Assembly (NCBI GenBank): GCA_963702435.1
Contig: CAVPCR010000005.1
Span: 256,001 to 320,000, forward strand
Source: Candidatus Eiseniibacteriota bacterium
Lineage (GTDB): Bacteria; Eisenbacteria; RBG-16-71-46; CAVPCR01
Length of the DNA: 64,000 bases
Reading direction: 5' to 3'
Both the position numbers and the translations under genes were made by a program. The notes below the pieces were generated by a model. The model saw nothing but the letters and a program-made list of their open reading frames with translations, was not told the origin of the DNA and did not search any database. Shown here piece after piece: positions 42,128 through 52,404 of the stretch (the first letter of the stretch is position 1; every line of letters starts with the position of its first letter).

Positions 42128-43645
42128 TTACCTGACAATCACGACCTGCGCCGACCGGGCGAGGCGCCCCGCCTTGAGGCGGCAGAAGTACACGCCCGAC
42201 GGGACCGAGTCGCCGCGGCTATCGCGGCCGTCCCATATCGCCGCCTGCGACCCCGGGCCCTGCCGCGAGTCGACCACTTGCCGCACCTCGTGACCCGTGC
42301 AGTCGTAGATCGCCAGATCGACGCCCGACCCGGCGGCGAGCTCGTAGCGGATGGCCACTCCTCCGCCGGCGGCCAGTCGGTTCTCGATCGACAGCCCGGC
42401 GTCCGGCGCTCGTACCTCCTGAGGATCCGTGACCGAGACGTCGGCGGGCCGCCCCACGGCGACGAGGATCATCGGGATGTCGGTCGACGGCACTCCGGTC
42501 GCCTCGCGCACGGCGGACTGCTCGGCCGCAGTGAGCTCCTGGGTCCAGTACGCCTGGAGGTCCATGCTCGCCGCCGCGAGCAGAGCACCCGCGCCGGCGA
42601 AGCCCACCTCGAGCTCCGGCCACGCGCCCGTGCTCCCGACGCAGATGATCAGGTAGTGCGGGGCATCCGCCAGTCGCGGCACTGCCGAGCGGAGCGCCGG
42701 CCGCACGTCGCCCGGCCGCAGCATTTCGATTCGATGATCCCGCGTCGTCATGTCCGTGCCCGGCGGCCGGCGATTGTGGAACCTGTGCACACCGTCCGCG
42801 CCGACCATGTACACCCGCCGGGTGAGGTAGTAGTTGGCGACCGCCGAGGAGCAGACCAACCCGGCTTTCCCCGAGGCGTAGTGGTTGCTGCAGCCGTACG
42901 CGGCCCAGAGGATCTGGGACACCTCGGCGGGAGTCAGGCTCGCCGCGGCGAACGTCGAGTCGTACGCCAGCGCATCCAGGGCGTCGTCGAGGAACACGGG
43001 TCCGTCGGTGCGCGGGTCGGGCAGCGTGCCGTCCGAGGACACCGCGACGAGAGACGTCGTGAGTCCGGCCACGCTCCGCATGCCGAAGCTGACCACGATG
43101 TCGATCGGCTCGACGGGATTCCAGTTCGCGTTCGCGTACGTGGCGGCGCTCGCCCGCGGGCAGCTCGCGAGCTGATTGGCCGCTCCGGTCCACAGGGCGA
43201 CGGATTCGAGCTGCGCGAGATGCATCGCGGCGCCGGCATCGATCGTGCTCGGCGCCGCGAAACCCACCTCGAAGGCAGCGGTGGCGTCGGAGCGCCAGTT
43301 CCCGGCCTTGTGCACGATCAGCGTGTGGTTCGTCGGGTCATAGATGTAGACGTTCTGCGCCGTGGCGGCGTAGATCGTGAGGGACATGCCGGTCGCGCGG
43401 GCGCTGGCCGCCGCATGAAGCACATTCGCCAGCATCTGCTCGGTTCCGGCCGCGTTCCAGCCCCCGTGATACGAGAGCCGCGAGTTCATGCAGATCTCGG
43501 TGGAGCGCGGATTGATCACGGGCGGGGGCAGGGTTTCGCGGAGCTGGCCGCCGGCGCCGCCGGGGGCGGACGCTGCGGCCGCCGGCAGGCAAGCCCAGAG
43601 AAGGAGGGCCGACAGGCTGAGTCTCGCATGATCGTTCGCCATCAT
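42128..43645 (-). CDS. secreted nitroreductase-like (SagB/ThcOx-like) protein with FlgD-Ig C-terminal domain
   Basis: Signal peptide; LTPAEVSQILWAAYG, SSAVANY, LEVGFAGAGALLAAASMDL; IYDCTG...WDG...GVYF tail. Confidence 0.65.
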   Translation of the reverse strand: MMANDHARLSLSALLLWACLPAAAASAPGGAGGQLRETLPPPVINPRSTEICMNSRLSYHGGWNAAGTEQMLANVLHAAASARATGMSLTIYAATAQNVYIYDPTNHTLIVHKAGNWRSDATAAFEVGFAAPSTIDAGAAMHLAQLESVALWTGAANQLASCPRASAATYANANWNPVEPIDIVVSFGMRSVAGLTTSLVAVSSDGTLPDPRTDGPVFLDDALDALAYDSTFAAASLTPAEVSQILWAAYGCSNHYASGKAGLVCSSAVANYYLTRRVYMVGADGVHRFHNRRPPGTDMTTRDHRIEMLRPGDVRPALRSAVPRLADAPHYLIICVGSTGAWPELEVGFAGAGALLAAASMDLQAYWTQELTAAEQSAVREATGVPSTDIPMILVAVGRPADVSVTDPQEVRAPDAGLSIENRLAAGGGVAIRYELAAGSGVDLAIYDCTGHEVRQVVDSRQGPGSQAAIWDGRDSRGDSVPSGVYFCRLKAGRLARSAQVVIVR

Positions 43646-43664
43646 GTCTCCTCGCGGCCGGTGG

Positions 43665-44306
43665 TCATTCGCTCGCGTCCCGGTAGGCGCTCTTGATCGC
43701 TCCCCATGTCGCCGCCGCGACCGGCGTGGCCGCGCAGGGGTCGGGCTCACATGTCGTCCCGTCCCCCAGGTAGATGCCGCCCGCGCTCGCGCACTGCCCG
43801 GGGAGCAGGACGGTGCAACCGGCGGTGAGACAGCAGGCGCCGCCGCAGGAACCGCAGGCAGCCACGGTCACAACGTAAGCGCCGCAGGCAGTCGAGTAAC
43901 CGGAGACGCCGATCGTGTACGTGCGGCCCGCCTGCATGCGCAGCGTGAGCTCGGACTGGAGACCGCAGAAGTCATCATTGCAGGCGATCTCGATGCCGTC
44001 CTCGAGGGCATAGAGAACGGTGTCATAGCCGGAGCCGCAGGCCGAGAACGTCACCATGAGGTTCGCCGGCGCCGTGTACTGGTAGAACAGGTCCGGCGCG
44101 TGGTTGTCACCACACGATGCGATGAAGTCCTGGGTGTGCCCGCAGGTATTGCCCGTGTCGAAGAAGGGAAACGCGGCGATGACGGTGGCGGTGGCAATGG
44201 TCTCGCCACCGGTCGCCGTATCGCCGAACGCGGCCAGGGCAGGAAGGAACAGGAAGCAAGAAGCGGAGGCTGTGACGAGCAGGCACCGGGCACCAGACAT
44301 GAGCAT
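43665..44306 (-). CDS. Cys-rich secreted protein ending in TWGAIKSAYR
   Basis: GGAGGAGG RBS, signal peptide, DTVLY...IACNDD domain, GACC...YLGDGTTC module. Confidence 0.85.
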   Translation of the reverse strand: MLMSGARCLLVTASASCFLFLPALAAFGDTATGGETIATATVIAAFPFFDTGNTCGHTQDFIASCGDNHAPDLFYQYTAPANLMVTFSACGSGYDTVLYALEDGIEIACNDDFCGLQSELTLRMQAGRTYTIGVSGYSTACGAYVVTVAACGSCGGACCLTAGCTVLLPGQCASAGGIYLGDGTTCEPDPCAATPVAAATWGAIKSAYRDASE

Positions 44307-44447
44307 GACCTCCTCCAAGAGGTCCGTCTGGCGGCCACCCGCCGGGCCGGAGGGTCGCGTGGCGGATCGCTGTGCAGTCGAAAGGCTACACCCTGGGCGA
44401 CGACCCGACAAGGCCTGCTCTCCGGGTGCTCTCCCTCCGGGTGCTCC

Positions 44448-45446
44448 CTACCGGTACGCGCTCTTGATGCCGCCCCACGTCCGGGATTCGACGGCCGTGG
44501 AGCCGCACGGCGGGATGCCCGGGCCTTCGAAGGTGATCGCGTAGCGCGTGCCGCAAGGGATGCCGGTGAACACGTCAGAGCTGGCAAAGAAGTAGAAGCT
44601 CCCCGGCCCGGTGAACGGCAGCGGTGAATGATCGATGTTCGTCGTCGCGAGGATCGCCGGCGGGCACTCCGGTGTGAGCACGAACCTGCGGAGCGGAGGG
44701 ATCTCGCCGCTGCCGTTATAGGTGAAGGCGCCCGGCCCCACGGTGAGCCGATACCAGTCGGTGTCGCGGTAGTTCATTCCCTCGAACATGAAGGTGCCCA
44801 TCTCGCCGCAGATGGAGCCGCACGCCACATCCGTGAAGATGATCGGGTTGGAACCGCAGCCACCATTGTAGTTGTCGACATAGTCCGGACCGCATCGGGG
44901 CTCCCCCTCGATCTGGGAGTCGGGCGGACAGAAGAAGGGCGGCGGCGGGAAGCAGGTGTTGAAGGTATAGTTCCCGCAGTTCATGGAGTAGCCATCGACA
45001 ACGAAGTAGTAAGTATAGCCGGCGGTCAGCGGGACGTTGTCGAGCTGCGACTGCAGACCGCAGTCGTCATCGTTGCAGGCGATCTCCCCGCCCGGTCCGT
45101 AGACGTAGAGGATCGTGTCGAAGTCCGAGCCGCACAGGGAGAGGCAGATGTTCACATTGGTGCTCGGCGTGTACCTGTAGACGAGGTCGCCGGCCTGGCT
45201 CAAGGCACAGGTTGGCGTGTAGTCATTGATCGCTGCGCACGTATTGCCCGTGTCGAAGAAGGGAAGCGAGCTGATGACGGTCGCCGTGGCGAAGGTCTCG
45301 CCGCCCATGTCCGGCGCTCCCCGGGGTGGGACCCAGGCGCCGCCGGGCGCCTTGGGCGCGACGCAGTTGGATGGTCCCTCCGACCGAGCGGGCGGGGCCG
45401 CAGCCAGGAGGACTCCGCAGAACAGGAACAACGCCGATCGTACCAA
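44448..45446 (-). CDS. Cys-rich secreted protein ending in TWGGIKSAYR (paralog of the 43665 protein)
   Basis: Signal peptide; shared GGET.ATATVI..PFFDTGNTC and EIACNDD.CGLQS segments. Confidence 0.85.
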   Translation of the reverse strand: MVRSALFLFCGVLLAAAPPARSEGPSNCVAPKAPGGAWVPPRGAPDMGGETFATATVISSLPFFDTGNTCAAINDYTPTCALSQAGDLVYRYTPSTNVNICLSLCGSDFDTILYVYGPGGEIACNDDDCGLQSQLDNVPLTAGYTYYFVVDGYSMNCGNYTFNTCFPPPPFFCPPDSQIEGEPRCGPDYVDNYNGGCGSNPIIFTDVACGSICGEMGTFMFEGMNYRDTDWYRLTVGPGAFTYNGSGEIPPLRRFVLTPECPPAILATTNIDHSPLPFTGPGSFYFFASSDVFTGIPCGTRYAITFEGPGIPPCGSTAVESRTWGGIKSAYR

Positions 45447-45576
45447 TCGTCCCCGCTTTCCCCGGGACCCCTATGCTTGGCAATCATACCACCGCGCCGA
45501 CCCTGGCTGCGATCGCACCCGCCGCGCTGGCGGAGACCATTGTCATCGACGCCGAGGATCTCGGCGAGGCCTCCGG

Positions 45577-46298
45577 AGCGACACGAGGTGGCGAAGATGA
45601 TCGGCGCGCCGCCCGGCTACATCGGCTACGGCGAGGGCGGCCAGCTCACCGAGCGGGTGCGGCGGCAGCCCTACTCGGTCGTCCTCTTCGATGAGATCGA
45701 GAAGGCGCATCCCGACATCTTCAACCTCCTCCTGCAAGTGCTCGACGAGGGGCTCCTCACCGACGCGCAGGGCCGGCGCGTGAGCTTCCGCAACACGATC
45801 GTGATCGGTACCTCGAACCTCGGCTCGAGCCAGCTCGCCGAGAAGCGGGCGATCGGCTTCGGCGGCGGCCAGGGCCAGATGAGCTACGACGAGGCGCGGA
45901 CCCTCGTCCTGGGCGAGGTGCGAAAGCACTTCCGGCCCGAGTTCCTGAACCGGATCGACGACATGATCGTCTTCCATCAGCTCGACGCGTCGCACATCCG
46001 CGCAATCGTGGACAAGCAGCTCGCGCGGCTCGCGGCGCGCCTGTCCGAGCTCTCGATCTCGCTCGCGGCGAGCGCCGAGGTCAAGGACCTCCTCGCCCGC
46101 GAGGGCTTCCATCCGACCTACGGCGCGCGGCCGCTCCGCCGCGAGATCGAGCGGCGGATCGAGAACCCGCTCTCGATGCGGATCGTGCGCGGCGAGTTCA
46201 AGGCGGGCGACCGGGTCCGGGTCGAGCTCCGCGGCGAGGAGGTCGTCCTCGAGCGCGAACCGGGCGCCGGCGAGCCGGGCGCCGGCGGACAGCAGTAA
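45577..46298 (+). pseudogene. ClpB/ClpC-type ATPase C-terminal fragment (N-terminally truncated)
   Basis: Similarity begins abruptly at ERHEVAKMIGAPPGYIGY; contains VVLFDEIEKAH, FRPEFLNRID, YGARPLRR but no Walker A or upstream domains. Confidence 0.8.
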
Positions 46299-46402
46299 GA
46301 AGCGCAGCCCCTCCTCGCCGGCCAGCCGCCGCGCGGCGACATGGCACGCCTCGTGCTCCACCTCTCAGCGCGCCTCCCCGCTCCACCTGAGAGGAGCACG
46401 CC

Positions 46403-47267
46403 ATGCGCGCCGCGATCGCCGTCTCGTTCGTTCTCGCCGTCGCCCTCTCCGCGCTCGCCGACAGCCGAAGCCGCCGCCTGGGGCACCGTCGTCTACGACC
46501 ACTCTCTTCTCGTCCGCCAGCGCGACGAGTGCGAGCCCCGCGGCCCGCACCCCGACCGGGGCTGCGACCAGTGCCTCCCCTACGCCTACATGCCCCTTCA
46601 TCCCTGGAATCGCATCTTCTGCGGGGACGGGACCACCGACTGGTGCCCGTGGCGCTGGGAGGACTGCGACTTCTGCAATGGATCCTGCGCCATCATCTAT
46701 CGCAAGGATCCCCTCCGCTGGGTACCCGTGTACGCCGACATGGGCCCGGTGCACACGGCGATCGAGAACTGCCAGGAGTGGCGGTGGCAGACCTACGGGC
46801 AGGGTCCGCTCGGCCCGGTCTCCGGCGCCTACGCGTACGGCGAGGAGATGGCGTGGATCCCGGCGCACGGGCGCGATTACGACGATCTGCCTGCCGATCC
46901 CGTCTACCAGGCGGAGCTCGCCGCCTACACCGGAGAGCCGGCGCGCACGCTGGAGGCCGCGTGGCAGTACCGGGTCGGGCTCTTCGCGGTGATGATGGAG
47001 TCGGCGCGGACCGGCGCCGATCGCGCCCACTACGAGCGGGCAGCGAACCTCTGCGCCTGGTACGCGATCGTCCGCTTCGCCCCGCCGGAAGATGTGGGAC
47101 GCATGCTCGAGGCGTGCGGATTCCCGGCCCAGGTGTCGAACTGGGAATGGGACGACCTGACCGCGATCCAGGAGACCACGTGCTCGGCGTTCCTCTTCGC
47201 CGATTGCTGGGATCCGGTCGATGCGGCAACGTGGGGCGGGATCAAGAAGCTGTTCCGGGACCGGTAG
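46403..47267 (+). CDS. Cys-rich secreted protein ending in TWGGIKKLFR, with an apparent +1 frameshift near 46460
   Basis: AGGAG RBS and signal peptide MRAAIAVSFVLAVALSALA in one frame; mature protein continues in the +1 frame. Confidence 0.7.
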
Positions 47268-47350
47268 CTCGGGGCCTGCCAGAGCCCGCACCGGCCGGCG
47301 GGGAGAAGCTGCTTGCGGGAGCGGGCGCCGCCGCCTAGGCTTCTCGCATC

Positions 47351-48397
47351 ATGACCCGCGACGATATCCGACAGAAGCTCACGGCGCTCGTCGAGTGCGC
47401 GGGCTGAGCGTCGAAGCTCGGGCTGGAGGATCTGGCCCGCGTTCTCGCAGAGCTCCCGCCGCTCCCGCCGAATCCGGACGTGCTCGTCGGCACCGAGACC
47501 TGGGATGACGCCGGCGTGATCCGGGTGTCGGCGGAGCTTGCCCTGGTCCAGACGGTCGATTTCTTCACGCCGATCGTGGACGACCCGCGCGATTTCGGGG
47601 CGGTGGCCGCCGCCAACGCGCTCTCCGATTGCTATGCGATGGGCGGGACGCCGTGGACCGCGCTCGGCATCGTCGGCTTTCCGCAGAAGACGCTGCCGCT
47701 CGAGGTGCTGGTGGCGACCATGCAGGGCGCGCAGGAGATCCTCGCCGAGGCGGGGGTCGCGCTCCTCGGCGGGCACACGGTCAAGGACCCCGAGTTCAAG
47801 TTCGGGCTCGCCGTGACGGGGCGCGTGCATCCCGATCGTATCGTGCGGAACCGTGGCGCCCGCCCCGGAGACCTGCTCCTCCTCACGAAACCCCTCGGCA
47901 CGGGCATCCTCGCGACCGCGATCAAGCGCGAGCAGCTCGATCCGGAGACGGCCGCGCTCCTCGTCCGCACGATGCGCACGCTCAATCGCGCCGCCGGCGA
48001 GGCGATGGTCGAGGCGGGAGCGCACGCGGCGACCGACATCACGGGCTTCGGCCTCATCGGCCACGCGCTCCACATGGCGCGCGCCTCGGAGGTGACCTTG
48101 CGCTTCACTGCAAGTGCCATGCCGGCGCTGCCGCGAGCGCACGAGCTCCTCGCCGCGGGCGTCTTCCCCGGCGGGCTCAAGGACAACGCGGCCGCGCTGG
48201 CGCCGCACGTGCGGATGCCCGACGACGCGGCGCTGCGTCTCCTTTTCGACCCGCAGACGTCCGGCGGACTCCTCGTGAGCCTCGCCCCGGCGGATGAGGC
48301 CCGCTTCCAGGCGGGGCTTGCGGCGCGCGGCGCACCACCCGCGGCACGTGTGGGCGAGGTGGTCGCGCGGCAGGAGACCTGGATCGAGGTGATCTGA
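47351..48397 (+). CDS. selD: selenide, water dikinase (selenophosphate synthetase), selenocysteine-containing
   Basis: MTRDDIRQKLTALVECAG-UGA(47405-47407)-ASKLG, then DDAGV, QTVDFFTP, ANALSD.YAMGG, GGHT, TDITGFGL, DPQTSGGLL. Confidence 0.95.
47419..47439 (+). promoter_or_regulatory. bacterial SECIS element
   Basis: Hairpin CGGGCTGGA-GGA-TCTGGCCCG starting 11 nt after the in-frame UGA, with a G-led apical loop. Confidence 0.75.
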
Positions 48398-49974
48398 TGA
48401 CGGCGTCACCGCCGCCGTCGCCAGCGCCTCCCCCGCCGCCGTCGCCAGTGCCTCCCCAACTGCACTCGCCAGCGCCTCCCCCGCCGCTTCCCCCGCTCGG
48501 CGATCTCCCGGCCAGCGAGCTCGAGCGCGCGGGCGCCCAGGCGCTCGCCTGGATCGCCGATTACCTCGAGCACCCGGAGCGCTACCCGGTGCTCGCGCGG
48601 GTCAAGCCGGGCGAGCTCAAGGCGCGTCTCCCCGCACAGGCGCCCGCCGGCGGCGAGCCGCTCGACACGATCCTCGCCGACTTCGAGCAGCTCATCGTCC
48701 CCGCCGTCACCCACTGGAACCATCCCGGGTTCATGGCCTACTTCGGCATCACGGGATCGGTGCCCGGGATCCTCGGCGAGCTCCTGACCGCCGCCCTCAA
48801 CGTGAACGCCATGCTCTGGCGCACGTCGCCGGCCGGCACCGAGCTCGAAGAGGTCGTCCTCGGCTGGCTGCGCAAGATGATCGGCCTCCCACCCGCATTC
48901 GCCGGCGCGATCCAGGACACGGCTTCCGCATCGAGCTTGACCGCGCTCACCGCGGCGCGCGAGGCGGTGCCCGGACTCGAGGTGCGGCAGCGCGGCCTTC
49001 TCGGGCGGCCCGACCAGGCCCCGCTCGTCCTCTACACCTCGAGCGAGGCGCACTCCTCGATCGAGAAGGCGGCGATCGTGATCGGCATCGGCTTGGACGG
49101 CGTCTCGAAGGTGGCGACCGACGCCGAGTACCGGATGGACATCGGGGATCTCGAGCGGCGGATCGCCGCCGATCGCGCCGCCGGGAAGCGCCCCTTCGCG
49201 ATCGTCGCGACCGTCGGCACCACCTCGACCACCTCGATCGATCCGGTCCCCGCGCTCGCCGAGATCTGCGCGCGCGAGGGGCTCTGGCTCCACGTGGACG
49301 CGGCCTACGGCGGCGCCGCGGCCATCCTCCCCGAGATGCGGCACATCCTCGCCGGGTGCGAGCACGCCGACTCGGTGATCGTGAACCCGCACAAGTGGCT
49401 CTTCACGCCGATCGACTGCTCGGCGCTCTACTGCCGGCGACCGGAGGTCCTCACCGCGGCCACGAGCCTCGTCCCGGAGTACCTGCGCGCGCCGGAGGCG
49501 GGCGTCACCAATCTCATGGACTGGGGCACCTCGCTCGGCCGCCGCTTCCGCGCGCTCAAGCTGTGGATGGTGCTCCGGGCCTTCGGCCAGGAGGGACTTT
49601 CGGCGCGGATCCGCGAACATCTGCGGCTGGCGCAGGTGGCGGCGGCGGAGATCGACGCGGCGTCCGACCTCGAGCGGCTGGCACCGGTGCCCTTCTCGAC
49701 CGTCTGTTTCCGCGTCCGCCCGCCGGAGCTCCGCGGTCGCGAAGACGAGCCGGCGGTACGCGAGCACCTGAACGCGCTCAACGCGGCGGCCCTCGCCGCC
49801 GTCAACCGGACCGGCGAGGTGATGCTCTCGCACACGGCGCTCCGCGGGCGGACGACGCTCCGGATGGCGATCGGGAACGTGCGCACAGAGGAGCGGCACG
49901 TCAGGCGGGCGCTCGCGCTCGTGCGCGAGCACGGGGCGCGGGAGCATGCCGCGCTCGGCCGCGGGTCAGCGTAG
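48397..49974 (+). CDS. PLP-dependent aromatic-L-amino-acid decarboxylase (group II)
   Basis: THWNHPGFMAYF, SPAGTELE, AHSSIEK, HVDAAYGG, NPHKW, GRRFRALKLW. Confidence 0.93.
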   Translation: MTASPPPSPAPPPPPSPVPPQLHSPAPPPPLPPLGDLPASELERAGAQALAWIADYLEHPERYPVLARVKPGELKARLPAQAPAGGEPLDTILADFEQLIVPAVTHWNHPGFMAYFGITGSVPGILGELLTAALNVNAMLWRTSPAGTELEEVVLGWLRKMIGLPPAFAGAIQDTASASSLTALTAAREAVPGLEVRQRGLLGRPDQAPLVLYTSSEAHSSIEKAAIVIGIGLDGVSKVATDAEYRMDIGDLERRIAADRAAGKRPFAIVATVGTTSTTSIDPVPALAEICAREGLWLHVDAAYGGAAAILPEMRHILAGCEHADSVIVNPHKWLFTPIDCSALYCRRPEVLTAATSLVPEYLRAPEAGVTNLMDWGTSLGRRFRALKLWMVLRAFGQEGLSARIREHLRLAQVAAAEIDAASDLERLAPVPFSTVCFRVRPPELRGREDEPAVREHLNALNAAALAAVNRTGEVMLSHTALRGRTTLRMAIGNVRTEERHVRRALALVREHGAREHAALGRGSA

Positions 49975-52404
49975 GACGACGAGCGGGCGCGTCGCGACCT
50001 CGCCGCGCGCGCCGAGCCGGAGGAAGTAGATCCCCGCGGGCACCGGCGCGCCCTTCTCATCCCGCCCGTCCCAGCGGACCGCGAGCCGCCCCGGCCCCGC
50101 AGTCGCGCCCGCGACGAGGCGCCGGCGCACGCGGCCGTGCACGTCGGCCACGTCGAGCGTCACCGGTGCCGCGTCCGGCAGATCGCAGAGAACGAGCGTC
50201 TCCTCGCGGAAGGGACTGGGGAACGCCGCAGCGATCGCCAGCGCCCGCGGGGCGGCGCCGCCCGGTTCCGCGGCCTCACCCGGCTCCGCCGGCGTCCCGC
50301 CGGGCTCGACCGCGAGCGGCGAGTTCGGCGCCTCCGGCGTGGGCGGGAGCGGACCCCATTCGCCCCCGCCGTCGGTCGTCCGCGCGAAGCTCACATCGCG
50401 CTCCTGCGGGCCGAACGCGATCGCATCCGCCGGCACGAGATCGTCGCCGGACTCCCGGTAGAGGCCGAGCCACTCGCCGTCGGCGTCGAGGCGGAACGCG
50501 GCGTGCAGCGGACCCTGATCGCGATCGCCGTCGGCCCACACGAGGAGATGCTCGCCCGGCCCGAGGTCGAGCGCCGGCAGGGCCCAGCCGCTCTCGTCGC
50601 CGGGATCATCGGCGAGCCGGTAGCGCCCGAGATGGACCGCCTCGTCACCCCGGTTCCAGAGCTCGATCCAGTCGTCGTACTCCCCCGCCTCGTCGGCGAT
50701 CGTGGTCGCGTTGTGCGCCATCAGCTCGTTCACCACGAGGGGACCGGGCCTCTCGACGCGCACCGCGATCGGCGCGCCCGCGCCCGCCGCCGGATAGCGG
50801 GCGGTCCGCCCGGCGCGGTCGCGGGCCTCGAAGTAGAAGCGGACGCTCGCGGTCGCCGGGGCCACGGGCACGCGCACGCCGTAGCACCCGTCCCCCACCG
50901 TGTCGTCCCCGTGCTCGCCGTCGTCCCGCATGGTGAAGGCTCCGTAGCCGCTCCCCCGATCGACGTGCAGCTTCACCTCCGCGATTCCATCCTCGTCGGC
51001 GGCGCGCACCGTGAATTGGATGTCGCCGGCGGGCGCGACCAGACCCCAGTGCGGGGCGCCCTCCCACACGGCCGGGCGCGCCGATTCGTGGCGGATCTGA
51101 TCGAGCGCCGTTGCCGCGCGCACCGCCATGAACGGATGGAGCCCGTAGCGCACATGGCCGCCGAGCGCCTCGTCGAAGCTCTCATCGAAGGCGTCGTGGT
51201 CGATGTAGGTGAAGTCGCGGGTCCGGTAGGTGTCGGCGAGGGCCGCCGGCCGGATGATGGCCCGGAGCTCCTCGGCGCGCGCGGAGAAGATGGCCGGGGC
51301 GAGCGGACGTGCCAGGAACTCCTCGATGAAGAAGGTGAACAGGTTCCGGTAGCGCTCCTGTTCCATCATCCGCCAGATGAGCGGGCGCAGGCTGTCGAGC
51401 CGCCCGAAGCGGTAGATGTTGACCCGGCCGTAGTCCACGGGGTTGATCGAGTTGAGACCAAAGGTCATGTCGTAGTCGCGCGGGATGAAGCGGAAGCGGC
51501 CGAGCAGCGGATCGTGATAGAGGAAGTAGTTGTTGGATCCGACCCAGTAGTCGTCCCAGCTCCCGGCGAGCGCATCGAAGGCCATCGCCTGGAGGAAGCT
51601 CGACACCTCGAGCACCCGCTCGAGCTCGGCCGTGAACTCCTCCTCCGGAGTCAGGTTGATGACGGCGATGAGCGCGGCCAGGTCCTCGAAGCTCGAGGCC
51701 CGGCGGCGCGTCGACAGCTCGTAGACGGGCCGGCCGGGCTCGCCGAGGGTCTCGTAATCGCCGGCCGAACGGTAGGTGAGATCGGCGCGCTCGTCCCGGT
51801 TCACGTACTGGCACTTGTAGAGATTCCCGGCGCCGGTCCCGAAGCGGCGCGTGAGGAAGTTCTCGTCCACCTCCTCGACGTGGAGGTAGAGACCACGGTA
51901 CTCGCCGTTGATGTAGAGGCGAACGTGGCTCGCGCGGGAAGCCGGAGCCCCCACGGCGCGGAGCGCGTCGAGCGCGAGCTTCTCGCGCACGATGGTCGGG
52001 TCGTTGTGCTCGCCGATCAGGTTGAGCTTCGAGATGCCGTCGATCTCGGCGCCGTCCTCGAACGCGTCGAGGGCGATCTTGAAGCTCTTCTTCTCGGCGT
52101 AGCGGCTCCGGTTGCCGCGGAGGCGGATACCGGCCTCGTCGAAAGTCTCGTCGAGCGGTCCGCTCGTGACGCGGACGCGCGCCGGGAGGTAGTCGTCGTT
52201 CTCGAGGTTCTCGTCGTCGAGGAGCCAGGCGAGATCGGCGGGATCCATGACCACCCGCACGTCGCCGACGCGGGTGTCGGTGAAGAGCTCATCCGCCGGG
52301 GTGGCCGCGACATCCTGCCCGGCAACGAGCGCGCACGCGGCCAGGAGGATGCCGGCCGTGAACGCCGGAGCGACTCTGAGGGAGAATGGAGCCGAGGTCG
52401 ACAC
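49966..52404 (-). CDS. CotH kinase family protein with lamin-tail and FlgD-Ig domains
   Basis: IRLRGNRSR, KKSFKI, WDDY..NNYFLY, DYDMTFG; VVNELMAHN..DWIELWN; WDG..GIYF tail; start approximate. Confidence 0.9.
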   Translation of the reverse strand: MSTSAPFSLRVAPAFTAGILLAACALVAGQDVAATPADELFTDTRVGDVRVVMDPADLAWLLDDENLENDDYLPARVRVTSGPLDETFDEAGIRLRGNRSRYAEKKSFKIALDAFEDGAEIDGISKLNLIGEHNDPTIVREKLALDALRAVGAPASRASHVRLYINGEYRGLYLHVEEVDENFLTRRFGTGAGNLYKCQYVNRDERADLTYRSAGDYETLGEPGRPVYELSTRRRASSFEDLAALIAVINLTPEEEFTAELERVLEVSSFLQAMAFDALAGSWDDYWVGSNNYFLYHDPLLGRFRFIPRDYDMTFGLNSINPVDYGRVNIYRFGRLDSLRPLIWRMMEQERYRNLFTFFIEEFLARPLAPAIFSARAEELRAIIRPAALADTYRTRDFTYIDHDAFDESFDEALGGHVRYGLHPFMAVRAATALDQIRHESARPAVWEGAPHWGLVAPAGDIQFTVRAADEDGIAEVKLHVDRGSGYGAFTMRDDGEHGDDTVGDGCYGVRVPVAPATASVRFYFEARDRAGRTARYPAAGAGAPIAVRVERPGPLVVNELMAHNATTIADEAGEYDDWIELWNRGDEAVHLGRYRLADDPGDESGWALPALDLGPGEHLLVWADGDRDQGPLHAAFRLDADGEWLGLYRESGDDLVPADAIAFGPQERDVSFARTTDGGGEWGPLPPTPEAPNSPLAVEPGGTPAEPGEAAEPGGAAPRALAIAAAFPSPFREETLVLCDLPDAAPVTLDVADVHGRVRRRLVAGATAGPGRLAVRWDGRDEKGAPVPAGIYFLRLGARGEVATRPLVVLR

